Of a stretch of 64,000 nt of DNA, positions 56,240 to 64,000 are shown one piece after another. The stretch is from contig JAGWBD010000013.1 of NCBI GenBank assembly GCA_021296065.1, positions 731-64,730 of the forward strand, given 5' to 3'. Under the pieces are notes generated by a model. The model saw only the letters and a program-made list of their open reading frames with translations. It searched no databases and had not been told where the DNA came from. The translations under genes and the position numbers were made by a program. How positions within the stretch are numbered: the first letter of the stretch is position 1; each line of letters starts with the position of its first letter. Source of the stretch: Anaerolineae bacterium. Lineage in GTDB: Bacteria; Chloroflexota; Anaerolineae; Aggregatilineales; Phototrophicaceae.

Positions 56240-57499
56240 CTATATGCCCATCTTGATGATGTCGTATTCGGCCACGGCCCACTCCTGCACCTCTTCCGGA
56301 GTCAGCTCAAGCGCAAGCACCTGTTGGCCCAGCTGCTCGAACATCTGCCACAGCTGGGTCGTCTGCGGGCTGTTGACGATCGGCTCGCGGAACTTCGCGC
56401 CGCGCAGCAACTCGGCCCAGCCGGGGCCGGCGCTCAGCACCCTGGCCAGCGCAACGATTTCCTCGTCCTCGATGAGCGAGTTCATGGCCGGCACCAGGCC
56501 GTTGTAACGGACGCTGATGTCCTTCATCTTTTCGCGCGTGGCAAGGACATCCATCAGTTCCAGCGCGGTGGCCTTGTTCTGGCCGGCCGCCGGCACCAAA
56601 TAGCCCCAACCATGCACCAGACCGACGTCGCTGCCCGGGCCCATCGGGAAGCGCGCCAGGCCCAGATTCTCCTCGGTAAACACCGTGTCCTCGACGGTCA
56701 GCATGGAGTTGTAGTTGCCCTCGTAGTTCCACCACATGCCGACCTTGCCGGCGGCGGCGAGGCCAAAGTTGTTCTCGGAGATGATGGTGGGTGAACTGAT
56801 GCCGCGCTTGATCCAGTCCTGCATGAACTGGAAGGCCACCAGGCTGTTCTCGTCCGCAAGGGTCTCAAGGTCGCCCCCGGCGTGATTGAGCGCGAGCAGC
56901 ACCGTGTTGAATGCGTGGCCGCCTTCCGTGCGCGGGTGCCAGCCCCAGACGCCGTTCTCCTGGTCGGTGACGGCCTCGCCGATGCTGAAGAGTTCTTCCC
57001 AGGTCGTGGGCGGCTCGGGCACCAGATCCTTGTTGTAAAAGAAGGGTTCCAGGCCAAGAAAGTAGAAGAGGCGGAAGACGCCGCCGACGGCCTCGTTCAG
57101 CACGTGAACGTTGTCGACCACGTCATCCTTGTTGTCCTGCCAGGCGTTGGTGTTGGTCATGTCCTCGGCCCAGCCGTTCATGCCCCACAAGCCGCCGATG
57201 AGGTCGTCGGCCCAGAGCACATCGATGCCGTCGAATTGCGTCTGGCCCCAAAGCGTGATCTTCGCCATCACGTCGTTCCAGACCGGCGGCAGCGCGTCGT
57301 AATTGATCTGGATGCCGGTCTCCTCCGAGACCGCCGCCATGAACTCCGGCGGGACGTCGCCGCCCCAGCCGACCATGTTAACGACCTTCTCCTCCTGCGC
57401 CACGCCGATGCTGGTCGTGGCCGTCAGGCCGAGACCGGCGCCGGCCACGGCCGTCGTTCTGAGGAAATCCCGTCGTGAAAGTCTTTGTGAACCACTCAT
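56240..57499 (-). CDS. Sugar ABC transporter substrate-binding protein (Tat signal)
   Basis: Signal 'MSGSQRLSRRDFLRTTAVAGAGLG'. AAGGAGA lies upstream of ATG 57499. Confidence 0.85.
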   Translation of the reverse strand: MSGSQRLSRRDFLRTTAVAGAGLGLTATTSIGVAQEEKVVNMVGWGGDVPPEFMAAVSEETGIQINYDALPPVWNDVMAKITLWGQTQFDGIDVLWADDLIGGLWGMNGWAEDMTNTNAWQDNKDDVVDNVHVLNEAVGGVFRLFYFLGLEPFFYNKDLVPEPPTTWEELFSIGEAVTDQENGVWGWHPRTEGGHAFNTVLLALNHAGGDLETLADENSLVAFQFMQDWIKRGISSPTIISENNFGLAAAGKVGMWWNYEGNYNSMLTVEDTVFTEENLGLARFPMGPGSDVGLVHGWGYLVPAAGQNKATALELMDVLATREKMKDISVRYNGLVPAMNSLIEDEEIVALARVLSAGPGWAELLRGAKFREPIVNSPQTTQLWQMFEQLGQQVLALELTPEEVQEWAVAEYDIIKMGI

Positions 57500-57541
57500 G
57501 CTGCATCTCTCCTTACAAATTTTCAAAAAATACACAGCAAG

Positions 57542-57570
57542 ACTTTAGCATGGGTCAGGTCGAGACGCAA
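57542..57570 (-). promoter_or_regulatory. Candidate promoter TTGCGT-17-(TGc)TAAAGT for sugar ABC locus 2
   Basis: Read by eye. Lies between the MITE at 57632 and the SBP start. Confidence 0.35.
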
Positions 57571-57631
57571 AAGTCTTGAGTCCAGATGGCTCCTGTGTCG
57601 GATTTTCCTTCTTGACCAGTCCGCGGCGGGT

Positions 57632-57969
57632 GCCCTCACCCCCGACCCCTTTCCCGTGTAGGGGCAATTTTTCAATTCGCCCGCCCTGTTTTCCTGTCGT
57701 ATGCGGGCGACATGATATGTCGCCCCTACACCACATTTGGACATCGGCAGGGGCAATTTATCAAATAGCCCGTCAAGCGCCATACGCCACAACAACGGCG
57801 ACGCGCGCGCCATGGTATGGCACCCCTACATCCGCCGTAAGGGCAATTTATCAAATCGCCCGCAAGGTCCCGCCGCGCGCATCACCCCCACGGCCGCATG
57901 GTGGCGGGCGACATGATATGTCGCTCCTGCGGCACAGGTCGGTCGCGGGAAAGGACCTGGGGTGAGGGC
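57632..57969. mobile_element. Composite MITE-like element (338 bp) bounded by ~24-bp terminal inverted repeats
   Basis: TIR-L is GCCCTCACCCCCGACCCCTTTCCCG (57632-57656) and TIR-R is CGGGAAAGGACCTGGGGTGAGGGC (57946-57969). Internally there are three A modules (GGGGCAATTTATCAAATCGCCC-like) and B modules (CGGGCGACATGATATGTCGCCC-like). No ORF. Confidence 0.6.
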
Positions 57970-57973
57970 GCCC

Positions 57974-58810
57974 TCACCCGTCCGCGACCACGCCAAAGGT
58001 GAAGCCCCGCACCAGCCGCTTCTGCACCAGCAGCAGCAGCGGTACCAGCGGCAGCAGAATCAACACGCCGCCGGCCGCGCGCAGCACGTAGGAACGTCCC
58101 CCGGCCTCCAGCAGACGCACGGTCAGCACCCGTGTCTCCGGCCCCACCGTCAGCACGAAGGCGAAGAGGAATTCGTTCCAGCCGGCGATCAGCAACAGCA
58201 GGAAGGTGACGACGACGCCGGGCATGGCGACCGGCAGGATGACCCGAAAAAGGGCGTTGAACCAGCCGCAGCCGTCCATGGCCGCCGCGTCGTCCAGTTC
58301 GCGCGGTACAGCGTTGTAGTAGGCGAAGAGCACCAGCACGGCCAGCGGCAGACCGGTGGCGAGATTGACCAGCACCAGGCCCTGCAGCGTATCCAGCAGG
58401 CCGATGTCTGTGTAGGTGATGAAGACCGGCCCCAGCGTCACCATGGCCGGCACCGCGATGCTGGCCACCAGCAGGCCGTACATCAACACCTTGCCGGCAA
58501 AGGTCGCGCGGCTAAAGCTGTAGGCCGCCATGCCGCCCAGCAAGGTGCCGCCCAGCGCGGACAGGCCCGCAACCAGCACCGTGTTGCGCAGCGCGGTGAA
58601 GTAGTGCATCCGGCGGAAGAGGAAGGGGTAGTTGAGCAGCGTCACTTCGCGCGGGAACAGGGTCGGGGGGACGCGCGCGAACTCGTTGCCCGTCTTCAGG
58701 GACGTGAGCAGCATGAAAAGCACGGGGAAGACCAGCGCGATCAGCACCAGCGCCAGCAGCGCGTAGAGCAGCAGTTGTATGAGGCCATGGCGCCATCGTC
58801 GCGTGGGCAT
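57974..58810 (-). CDS. Carbohydrate ABC transporter permease, orphan paralogue of 54315-55196
   Basis: About 70% identical by eye to the 54315 permease ('LVASIAVPAMVTLGP.FITY..IGLLDT', 'ELDDAAAMDGCGWFNALFRVILP'). No adjacent partner genes. Flanked by MITEs. Confidence 0.8.
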   Translation of the reverse strand: MPTRRWRHGLIQLLLYALLALVLIALVFPVLFMLLTSLKTGNEFARVPPTLFPREVTLLNYPFLFRRMHYFTALRNTVLVAGLSALGGTLLGGMAAYSFSRATFAGKVLMYGLLVASIAVPAMVTLGPVFITYTDIGLLDTLQGLVLVNLATGLPLAVLVLFAYYNAVPRELDDAAAMDGCGWFNALFRVILPVAMPGVVVTFLLLLIAGWNEFLFAFVLTVGPETRVLTVRLLEAGGRSYVLRAAGGVLILLPLVPLLLLVQKRLVRGFTFGVVADG

Positions 58811-58893
58811 CAGGAGTGCAGACCTGGCCGTATGGATCGTTTCATGCCTGCGTTCGCTTTCCCTTCAGTAGTTGCCAGGGAGCCTGATTGAGC

Positions 58894-59033
58894 GCCCTCA
58901 TTCTCCGGCCACCTGTTCCCGCGCAGGGGCAGTTTATCAAATCGCCCGCCCTGTTTTCCTGTCGTATGCGGGCGAAATGACATGTCGCCCCTGCGACACA
59001 GGTCGGTCGCGGGAAAGGATTTGGCGTGAGGGC
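58894..59033. mobile_element. MITE-like element, basic 140-bp form
   Basis: Degenerate TIR-L (58894-58921), A module, CTGTTTTCCTGTCGTATG linker, B module, then TIR-R CGGGAAAGGATTTGGCGTGAGGGC (59010-59033). Confidence 0.6.
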
Positions 59034-59107
59034 CCACCCCAGGCAAGCCCCCGCTCCCCTGGCTATACTACCCGCCAAATCCGGTGGCGGGTGATGGAGG
59101 CGGAGCA

Positions 59108-60265
59108 ATGGGCTACCAGCCGCTGGCCGACGTACGCAAGACATTGCGCGTGGAGTGGTACCGCAGCCCGATTCCCGGGAAACGACTGCGCGAGCTTTCG
59201 CGCCGCAGCGACCGCCAGGGCTGGCTCCAGGCCGGTGGCCACCTGGCGCTCTTCATCCTCACCGGCGCGCTGGTCTTTCACTTCTGGTCGCTGCAACTGT
59301 GGGCCGCATTCCTGGTCGCGCTCTTCTGCCACGGCACGGTCACCAGCTTCTTCACCGGCGTCGCCCCGCACGAACTGGGCCACGGCACCGTTTTCCGCAG
59401 CAAATGGCTCAACAAGGTCTTTCTCTACCTCTTCAGCCTCATCGGCTGGTGGGACCTCTACGATTACGGCAGCAGCCACACCTACCACCATCGCTATACC
59501 CTGCACCCCGAGGGCGACCGCGAGAACCTGCTGCCGCTGGAACCCTCGCTGGCCTCCTTCTTCATGCTGCAACTCTTCACCGTCAACCTGGTGACGCAGC
59601 CGCGGCGCGTCTTCAGCAAGGGCGGCCTGGTCTCGACCGTGTGGGTCACACTGAAGGGCGCCTTCGGCATCGTCGGCCCGGCCGAGGTGCCCATCTTCGA
59701 GTGGCTGCGCGCCCTGCACGTCGACCAGCCGGAGGAGTTTCGCAAGTCGATCCGCTGGTCGCGCATCCTGATTCTCTTCCACGGCGGTGTGCTGGTCATC
59801 GCGATCGTCAGCGGCCTGTGGCTGCTGCCGCTGATTTTCAGCGTCGCGCCCTTCACCGCCAACTGGCTGCACTACTTCGTCGGCATGACGCAGCACTGCG
59901 GCCTGATGGAAAACGTGCCCGACTTCCGCAAGAGCGTGCGCTCGATGCGCCTCAACCCGCTTTTCTCCTTCCTCTACTGGCACATGGAGTGGCACAGCGA
60001 ACACCACATGTACGCCGGCGTTCCCTGCTACAACCTCGGCCGGCTTTACGAGGAAATCGCCGACGACATGCCCGCGCCGCGCAGCCTCGTCGGCGCCTGG
60101 CGCGAAATGCGCATGATCTGGCGCAAACAGAAGGAAGACCCCGACTACCAGTTCGATACGCCCCTGCCGCCGACGGCCAGGGTGATCCGTCACGAAACGT
60201 CGGAAGAAATTGAACTGGAGAGTTCCATCGGGGACCTTGCGCCGGCGGGTTTGCGGCAGGCGTAA
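59108..60265 (+). CDS. Membrane di-iron oxygenase, fatty-acid desaturase/hydroxylase superfamily (AlkB-like His motifs), copy 1
   Basis: Motifs 'HELGHG', 'HTYHHRYTLHPEGDRE', 'QHCGL' and 'EWHSEHHMYAGVPCYNL'. GGAGG-type RBS upstream of ATG 59108 and -10 TATACT at 59064. Confidence 0.85.
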   Translation: MGYQPLADVRKTLRVEWYRSPIPGKRLRELSRRSDRQGWLQAGGHLALFILTGALVFHFWSLQLWAAFLVALFCHGTVTSFFTGVAPHELGHGTVFRSKWLNKVFLYLFSLIGWWDLYDYGSSHTYHHRYTLHPEGDRENLLPLEPSLASFFMLQLFTVNLVTQPRRVFSKGGLVSTVWVTLKGAFGIVGPAEVPIFEWLRALHVDQPEEFRKSIRWSRILILFHGGVLVIAIVSGLWLLPLIFSVAPFTANWLHYFVGMTQHCGLMENVPDFRKSVRSMRLNPLFSFLYWHMEWHSEHHMYAGVPCYNLGRLYEEIADDMPAPRSLVGAWREMRMIWRKQKEDPDYQFDTPLPPTARVIRHETSEEIELESSIGDLAPAGLRQA

Positions 60266-60351
60266 CCCTCACCCCCAACCCCTTATCCCGCGCCGGGCAA
60301 CGGGCGCCAGGGTGTGGTCATCCGTAGGGGCAATTTGTCAAATCGCCCGTC
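60266..60351. repeat. Partial MITE (TIR-L-like end + A module) in the spacer between oxygenase copies 1 and 2
   Basis: CCCTCACCCCCAACCCCTTATCCCG starts 1 nt after the TAA stop. A module GTAGGGGCAATTTGTCAAATCGCCCGTC lies at 60324-60351. Confidence 0.55.
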
Positions 60352-60438
60352 ACGCACCATACGCCAGAACAACAGGCAGACTATCCCCTCCCTGGCTATA
60401 TTCAGGCAATGGCGGCACAGGTTTCAGGAGCAGGAGCA

Positions 60439-61590
60439 ATGAGTTACCCACCGCTGGCCGACGTGCGCAAGACCCTGCGGGTGGAGTGGTACCGCAGTCC
60501 CATTCCGGGCAAAACACTGCGTGAGCTCTCGCGCCGCAGTGACCTGCAGGGCTGGTTTCAGGCCGGCGGTCATCTGGCGCTCTTCTGCCTCACGGGCGCG
60601 CTGGTCTTTCACTTCTGGTCGCTGCAGCTCTGGGGCGCCTTTATGCTGTCGCTCTTCTGTCACGGAACGGTCACCAGCTTTTTCAGCGGCATCGCCGCGC
60701 ACGAACTGGGGCATGGCACCGTTTTCCGTACCAAATGGCTCAACAAGATCTTCCTCCACATCTTCAGCCTGATCGGCTGGTTCGACACCTACGACTACAA
60801 CATGAGTCACACCTACCACCACCGCTACACCCTGCACCCCGAAGGCGACCGCGAGGTGTTGCTGCCGATAGAACCCACCCTGGCCTCCTTCTTCATGCTT
60901 CAACTCTTCACGATAAACATAACGTCCAGGCCCCGGCGGGTCTTCGACAAGGGCGGCCTGATTTCAACCGTGATGGTCACGCTGAAGCGCGCTTTCGGCG
61001 TCGTCGGCCCGGCCAGGGTGCCGATTTTTGAGTGGTACCGCGCCCTGCACGCCGACCAACCGGAGGAGTTTCGCAAGTCGATCCGCTGGTCGCGCATCCT
61101 GCTTCTCTTCCACGGCGGCGTGCTGGTCATCGCGATCGTCAGCGGCCTGTGGCTGCTGCCTCTGATCTTCAGCACGGCGACCTTCACCGCCAACTGGATT
61201 CGTTACTTCGTCGCCCTGCCACAGCACTGCGGTCTGCGGGACAAGGTCAACGACTTCCGCAAGAGCGTGCGCTCCATGCGCATCAATCCGCTCTTTTCCT
61301 TCCTTTACTGGCGCATGGAATGGCACCTCGAGCACCACATGTATGCCGGCGTGCCTTGCTACAACCTGCGCAAACTTTACGAGGAAATCGCCGACGACCT
61401 GCCCGAACCGCGAACCCTGGTCGGCGCCTGGAAGGAAATGCGCATGATCTGGCGAAGACAGAAGGAAGACCCGGACTACCAGTTCGATACGCCCCTGCCG
61501 CCGACGGCCAGAGCCTTTCGTGAAGAGGCGCCGGAAGAAATTGAACTGGAGAGTTCCATCGGCGACCTGGCGCCGGCGGGCCTGCGTTAG
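60439..61590 (+). CDS. Membrane di-iron oxygenase, desaturase/hydroxylase superfamily, copy 2
   Basis: Same four His motifs as copy 1. AGGAGCAGGAG RBS upstream of ATG 60439 and -10 TATATT at 60397. Confidence 0.85.
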   Translation: MSYPPLADVRKTLRVEWYRSPIPGKTLRELSRRSDLQGWFQAGGHLALFCLTGALVFHFWSLQLWGAFMLSLFCHGTVTSFFSGIAAHELGHGTVFRTKWLNKIFLHIFSLIGWFDTYDYNMSHTYHHRYTLHPEGDREVLLPIEPTLASFFMLQLFTINITSRPRRVFDKGGLISTVMVTLKRAFGVVGPARVPIFEWYRALHADQPEEFRKSIRWSRILLLFHGGVLVIAIVSGLWLLPLIFSTATFTANWIRYFVALPQHCGLRDKVNDFRKSVRSMRINPLFSFLYWRMEWHLEHHMYAGVPCYNLRKLYEEIADDLPEPRTLVGAWKEMRMIWRRQKEDPDYQFDTPLPPTARAFREEAPEEIELESSIGDLAPAGLR

Positions 61591-61608
61591 GCGCTCCTAC
61601 GGTTCAGG

Positions 61609-61670
61609 ACAGGGGTAATTTATCAAATCGCCCGTCACGCACCATACGCCAGAACATCAGGCAGACCATC
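61609..61670. repeat. Partial MITE (A module + spacer) in the spacer between oxygenase copies 2 and 3
   Basis: ACAGGGGTAATTTATCAAATCGCCCGTCACGCACCATACGCCAGAAC..., collinear with 60324-60385. Confidence 0.55.
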
Positions 61671-61723
61671 CCCTCCCTGGCTATACTCCGGCAATGGCGG
61701 CACAGGTTTCAGGAGCAGGAGCA

Positions 61724-62881
61724 ATGAGTTACCCACCGCTGGCCGACGTGCGCAAGACCTTGCGGGTGGAGTGGTACCGCAGCCCCATTCCGGGCAAAAC
61801 ACTGCGCGAGCTTTCTCGGCGAAGTGACCTGCAGGGCTGGTTTCAGGCCGGCGGGCACCTGGCGCTTTTCTGCCTGACCGGCGCGCTGGTCTTTCACTAC
61901 TGGTCCCTGCAACTTTGGGGCGCTTTCATCGTCGCGCTCTTCTGCCATGGCACGGTCACCAGTTTCTTCAGCGGCATCGCCCCGCATGAACTGGGGCATG
62001 GCACCGTCTTCCGCACCAAATGGCTCAACAAGGTCTTCCTCCACATCTTCAGCCTGATCGGCTGGTTCGATACCTACGACTACAACATGAGCCACACCTA
62101 CCACCACCGCTACACCCTGCACCCCGAAGGCGACCGCGAGGTGCTGCTGCCGATCGAACCCACCCTGGCCTCAACCTTCGTGTTGCAACTCTTTACGATC
62201 AACCTGCTCACGCGCCGCGGGCGTACCTTCAGCAAGGGCGGGCTCTTCGACAATATCGCGACCTCCCTCCGCACCGCCCTTCGGCTCAACGACCCGGGCA
62301 GGGCGCCCGGCACGGACTGGGTGCGCGCGCTGCATGAGGACCAGCCGGAGGAATACCGCAAGACGGTGCTCTGGTCGCGCATCCTGATCCTCTTCCACGG
62401 CTCGATTCTGGTCATCGCCATCCTCAGCGGCCTGTGGGTGCTGCCGCTGATCTTCAGCACGGCGGTCTTCACCGCCAACTGGCTGGGTTACTTCCTGGGC
62501 CTGCCGCAGCACTGCGGCCTGCAGGACAAGGTCAACGACTTCCGCAAGAGTGTGCGCTCGATGCGCCTCAATCCGCTCTTTTCCTTCCTCTACTGGCGCA
62601 TGGAATGGCATATCGAGCACCACATGTACGCCGGTGTGCCCTGCTACAACCTCGGCAGGCTCTACGAGGAAGTGGCCGACGATATGCCCGAACCGCGTAC
62701 GCTGATCGGCGCCTGGAAGGAAATGCGGATGGTCTGGCGCAGGCAGAAGGAAGACTCCGACTACCAGTTCGATACGCCCCTGCCGCCGACGGCCAGGGTC
62801 GTACGCGACGAGGCGCCGGAAGAAATCGAACTGGAAAGCTCGATCGGCGAACTGGCGCCGGAGGGCTTGCGCCAGGCGTAG
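61724..62881 (+). CDS. Membrane di-iron oxygenase, desaturase/hydroxylase superfamily, copy 3
   Basis: Same His motifs. The 5' leader and first ~160 codons are nearly identical to copy 2. -10 TATACT at 61682. Confidence 0.85.
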   Translation: MSYPPLADVRKTLRVEWYRSPIPGKTLRELSRRSDLQGWFQAGGHLALFCLTGALVFHYWSLQLWGAFIVALFCHGTVTSFFSGIAPHELGHGTVFRTKWLNKVFLHIFSLIGWFDTYDYNMSHTYHHRYTLHPEGDREVLLPIEPTLASTFVLQLFTINLLTRRGRTFSKGGLFDNIATSLRTALRLNDPGRAPGTDWVRALHEDQPEEYRKTVLWSRILILFHGSILVIAILSGLWVLPLIFSTAVFTANWLGYFLGLPQHCGLQDKVNDFRKSVRSMRLNPLFSFLYWRMEWHIEHHMYAGVPCYNLGRLYEEVADDMPEPRTLIGAWKEMRMVWRRQKEDSDYQFDTPLPPTARVVRDEAPEEIELESSIGELAPEGLRQA

Positions 62882-62995
62882 GGTCGATTTGTCAAACCGC
62901 TCGCCACCCGCGGACCACACATCGCCGGCGACGCGCGCCACGGTATGTCGCCCCTGCGGCACAGGTTGGTCGCGGGAAAGGATTTGGGTGAGAGC
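62879..62995. repeat. Partial MITE (degenerate A module, B half-site, TIR-R) after oxygenase copy 3
   Basis: TIR-R CGGGAAAGGATTTGGGTGAGAGC at 62973-62995. Confidence 0.5.
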
Positions 62996-63093
62996 CCCGC
63001 TCGCATCCGTTATCCTGTACAATCATCCCGGCCCGGCCGATGCCAGGCAGGCCGAAGCCACGCAGCGCCCGCACAGGAACGGACCAGGCCCCC

Positions 63094-64000
63094 ATGAGCG
63101 TCATTCTCGGCATCAACAGCGAACACGCCGGCGCCTCGGCCGCTCTCGTCATCGACGGCCAGCCGGTCGCCGCCGTCGCCGAGGAGCGCATCAACCGGGT
63201 CAAGTACTACGCCGGTTTCCCGCGTCAGGCCGCGCGCATGGTGCTGGAGATGGCCGGCATCAGTCCGCAGGACGTCGACTGCGTCGCCATCCCGCGCGAC
63301 CCCGCGGCCAACCTGACGCGCAAGGCCGCCTTCCTCTTCGGCAACCCGACGCGTCTGCCCGCCCTGCTGCAGGCCGGCGCCGGCCAGGTGAAGCAGCTGG
63401 ACGTTAAGTCTCAACTGGCCGCGGAATTCGAACTCGACCCGGCCGCGCTGAACTTTCGACAATTGCGCGTCGAACATCACCTCGCCCACGTCGCCAGCGC
63501 GTATTTCACTTCGCCATTTGACGAGGCCGCCGGTTTCAGCGTGGACGGATCCGGCGATTTCGTCACCTGCATGCTGGCCCGCTGCCAGGGCAGCGAAATC
63601 GACGTGCTGCAACGCATCCACGTGCCGCACTCGCTCGGTTCGCTTTACACCATGGTCTGCCAATTCATCGGCTACGGCCGCTATGGCGACGAGGGCAAGG
63701 TGATGGGCCTGGCGCCCTACGGCGAGGACGCCTGCTGCGACCACTTCGACGACATGCTGCGCCTGAGCGACGAAGGCTTCCGCCTTAACGGTCGCTGGTT
63801 CCTGCCCTTCGGCGCCGAGCAGTCGATCAGCATCAACCAACGCGGTGAGATGGAGATCGGCCGCCACTGGTCCGACCACATGGTCGCGATCTTCGGCGCG
63901 CCGCGCCAGCCGGGCAGCGAGATCACGCAGCGCGACATGGACCTGGCGCGCGGCCTGCAAGTCACTTTCGAGCGCGCCTGGTTGCACTTGCTGCGGCGGC
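63094..64000 (+). CDS. Carbamoyltransferase (NodU/CmcH family); partial, continues beyond the window end
   Basis: Not in the ORF track because it has no stop in the window. My translation reads MSVILGINSEHAGASAALVIDGQPVAAVAEERINRVKYYAGFPRQAA...VEHHLAHVASAYF...GFSVDGSGDF. A TACAAT -10 candidate lies at 63018. Confidence 0.85.
   Translation, partial: MSVILGINSEHAGASAALVIDGQPVAAVAEERINRVKYYAGFPRQAARMVLEMAGISPQDVDCVAIPRDPAANLTRKAAFLFGNPTRLPALLQAGAGQVKQLDVKSQLAAEFELDPAALNFRQLRVEHHLAHVASAYFTSPFDEAAGFSVDGSGDFVTCMLARCQGSEIDVLQRIHVPHSLGSLYTMVCQFIGYGRYGDEGKVMGLAPYGEDACCDHFDDMLRLSDEGFRLNGRWFLPFGAEQSISINQRGEMEIGRHWSDHMVAIFGAPRQPGSEITQRDMDLARGLQVTFERAWLHLLRR

Overview
This is a 64-kb GC-rich bacterial chromosomal segment. 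Shine-Dalgarno sites are GGAGG-type and ATGA/TGATG gene overlaps are frequent. My low-confidence guess is a Chloroflexota-like organism, which I cannot verify from sequence alone. I support about 58 protein genes and 2 tRNAs (Phe-GAA, Ala-CGC). I see no rRNA, CRISPR array, transposase or integrase. Most of the window is housekeeping or transport: gatB, the cysS-rlmB-frr-uppS operon, nadK-recN, selA, sdhCDAB, pstSCAB, two sugar ABC loci with a sulfatase and a GH51 arabinofuranosidase, and a heterodimeric ABC exporter. The many long Arg/Ala/Gly/Pro-rich ORFs antisense to these genes look like GC-content artefacts. The last 10 kb (about 53,990-63,100) is different. It is saturated with a modular MITE-like repeat family (10 copies of a GGGGCRATTTATCAAATCGCCC palindrome plus terminal inverted repeats). 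It also holds a duplicated orphan permease and three tandem, mosaic, AlkB-like membrane di-iron oxygenase/desaturase paralogues, each with its own promoter, followed by a carbamoyltransferase. Other candidates for a second look: a stand-alone, translationally coupled pair of SLATT/DUF4231-like 2-TM proteins (45,431-46,917); two tandem fasciclin(FAS1)-PstS fusion proteins ahead of an unusually long PstC/PstA; tandem SH3-like/PD40 beta-propeller paralogues; and a DNA methyltransferase whose only ATG is out of frame across a G9 tract. All family calls come from reading motifs by eye. No database search, HMM or RNA folding was run, and start codons and regulatory sites are provisional.
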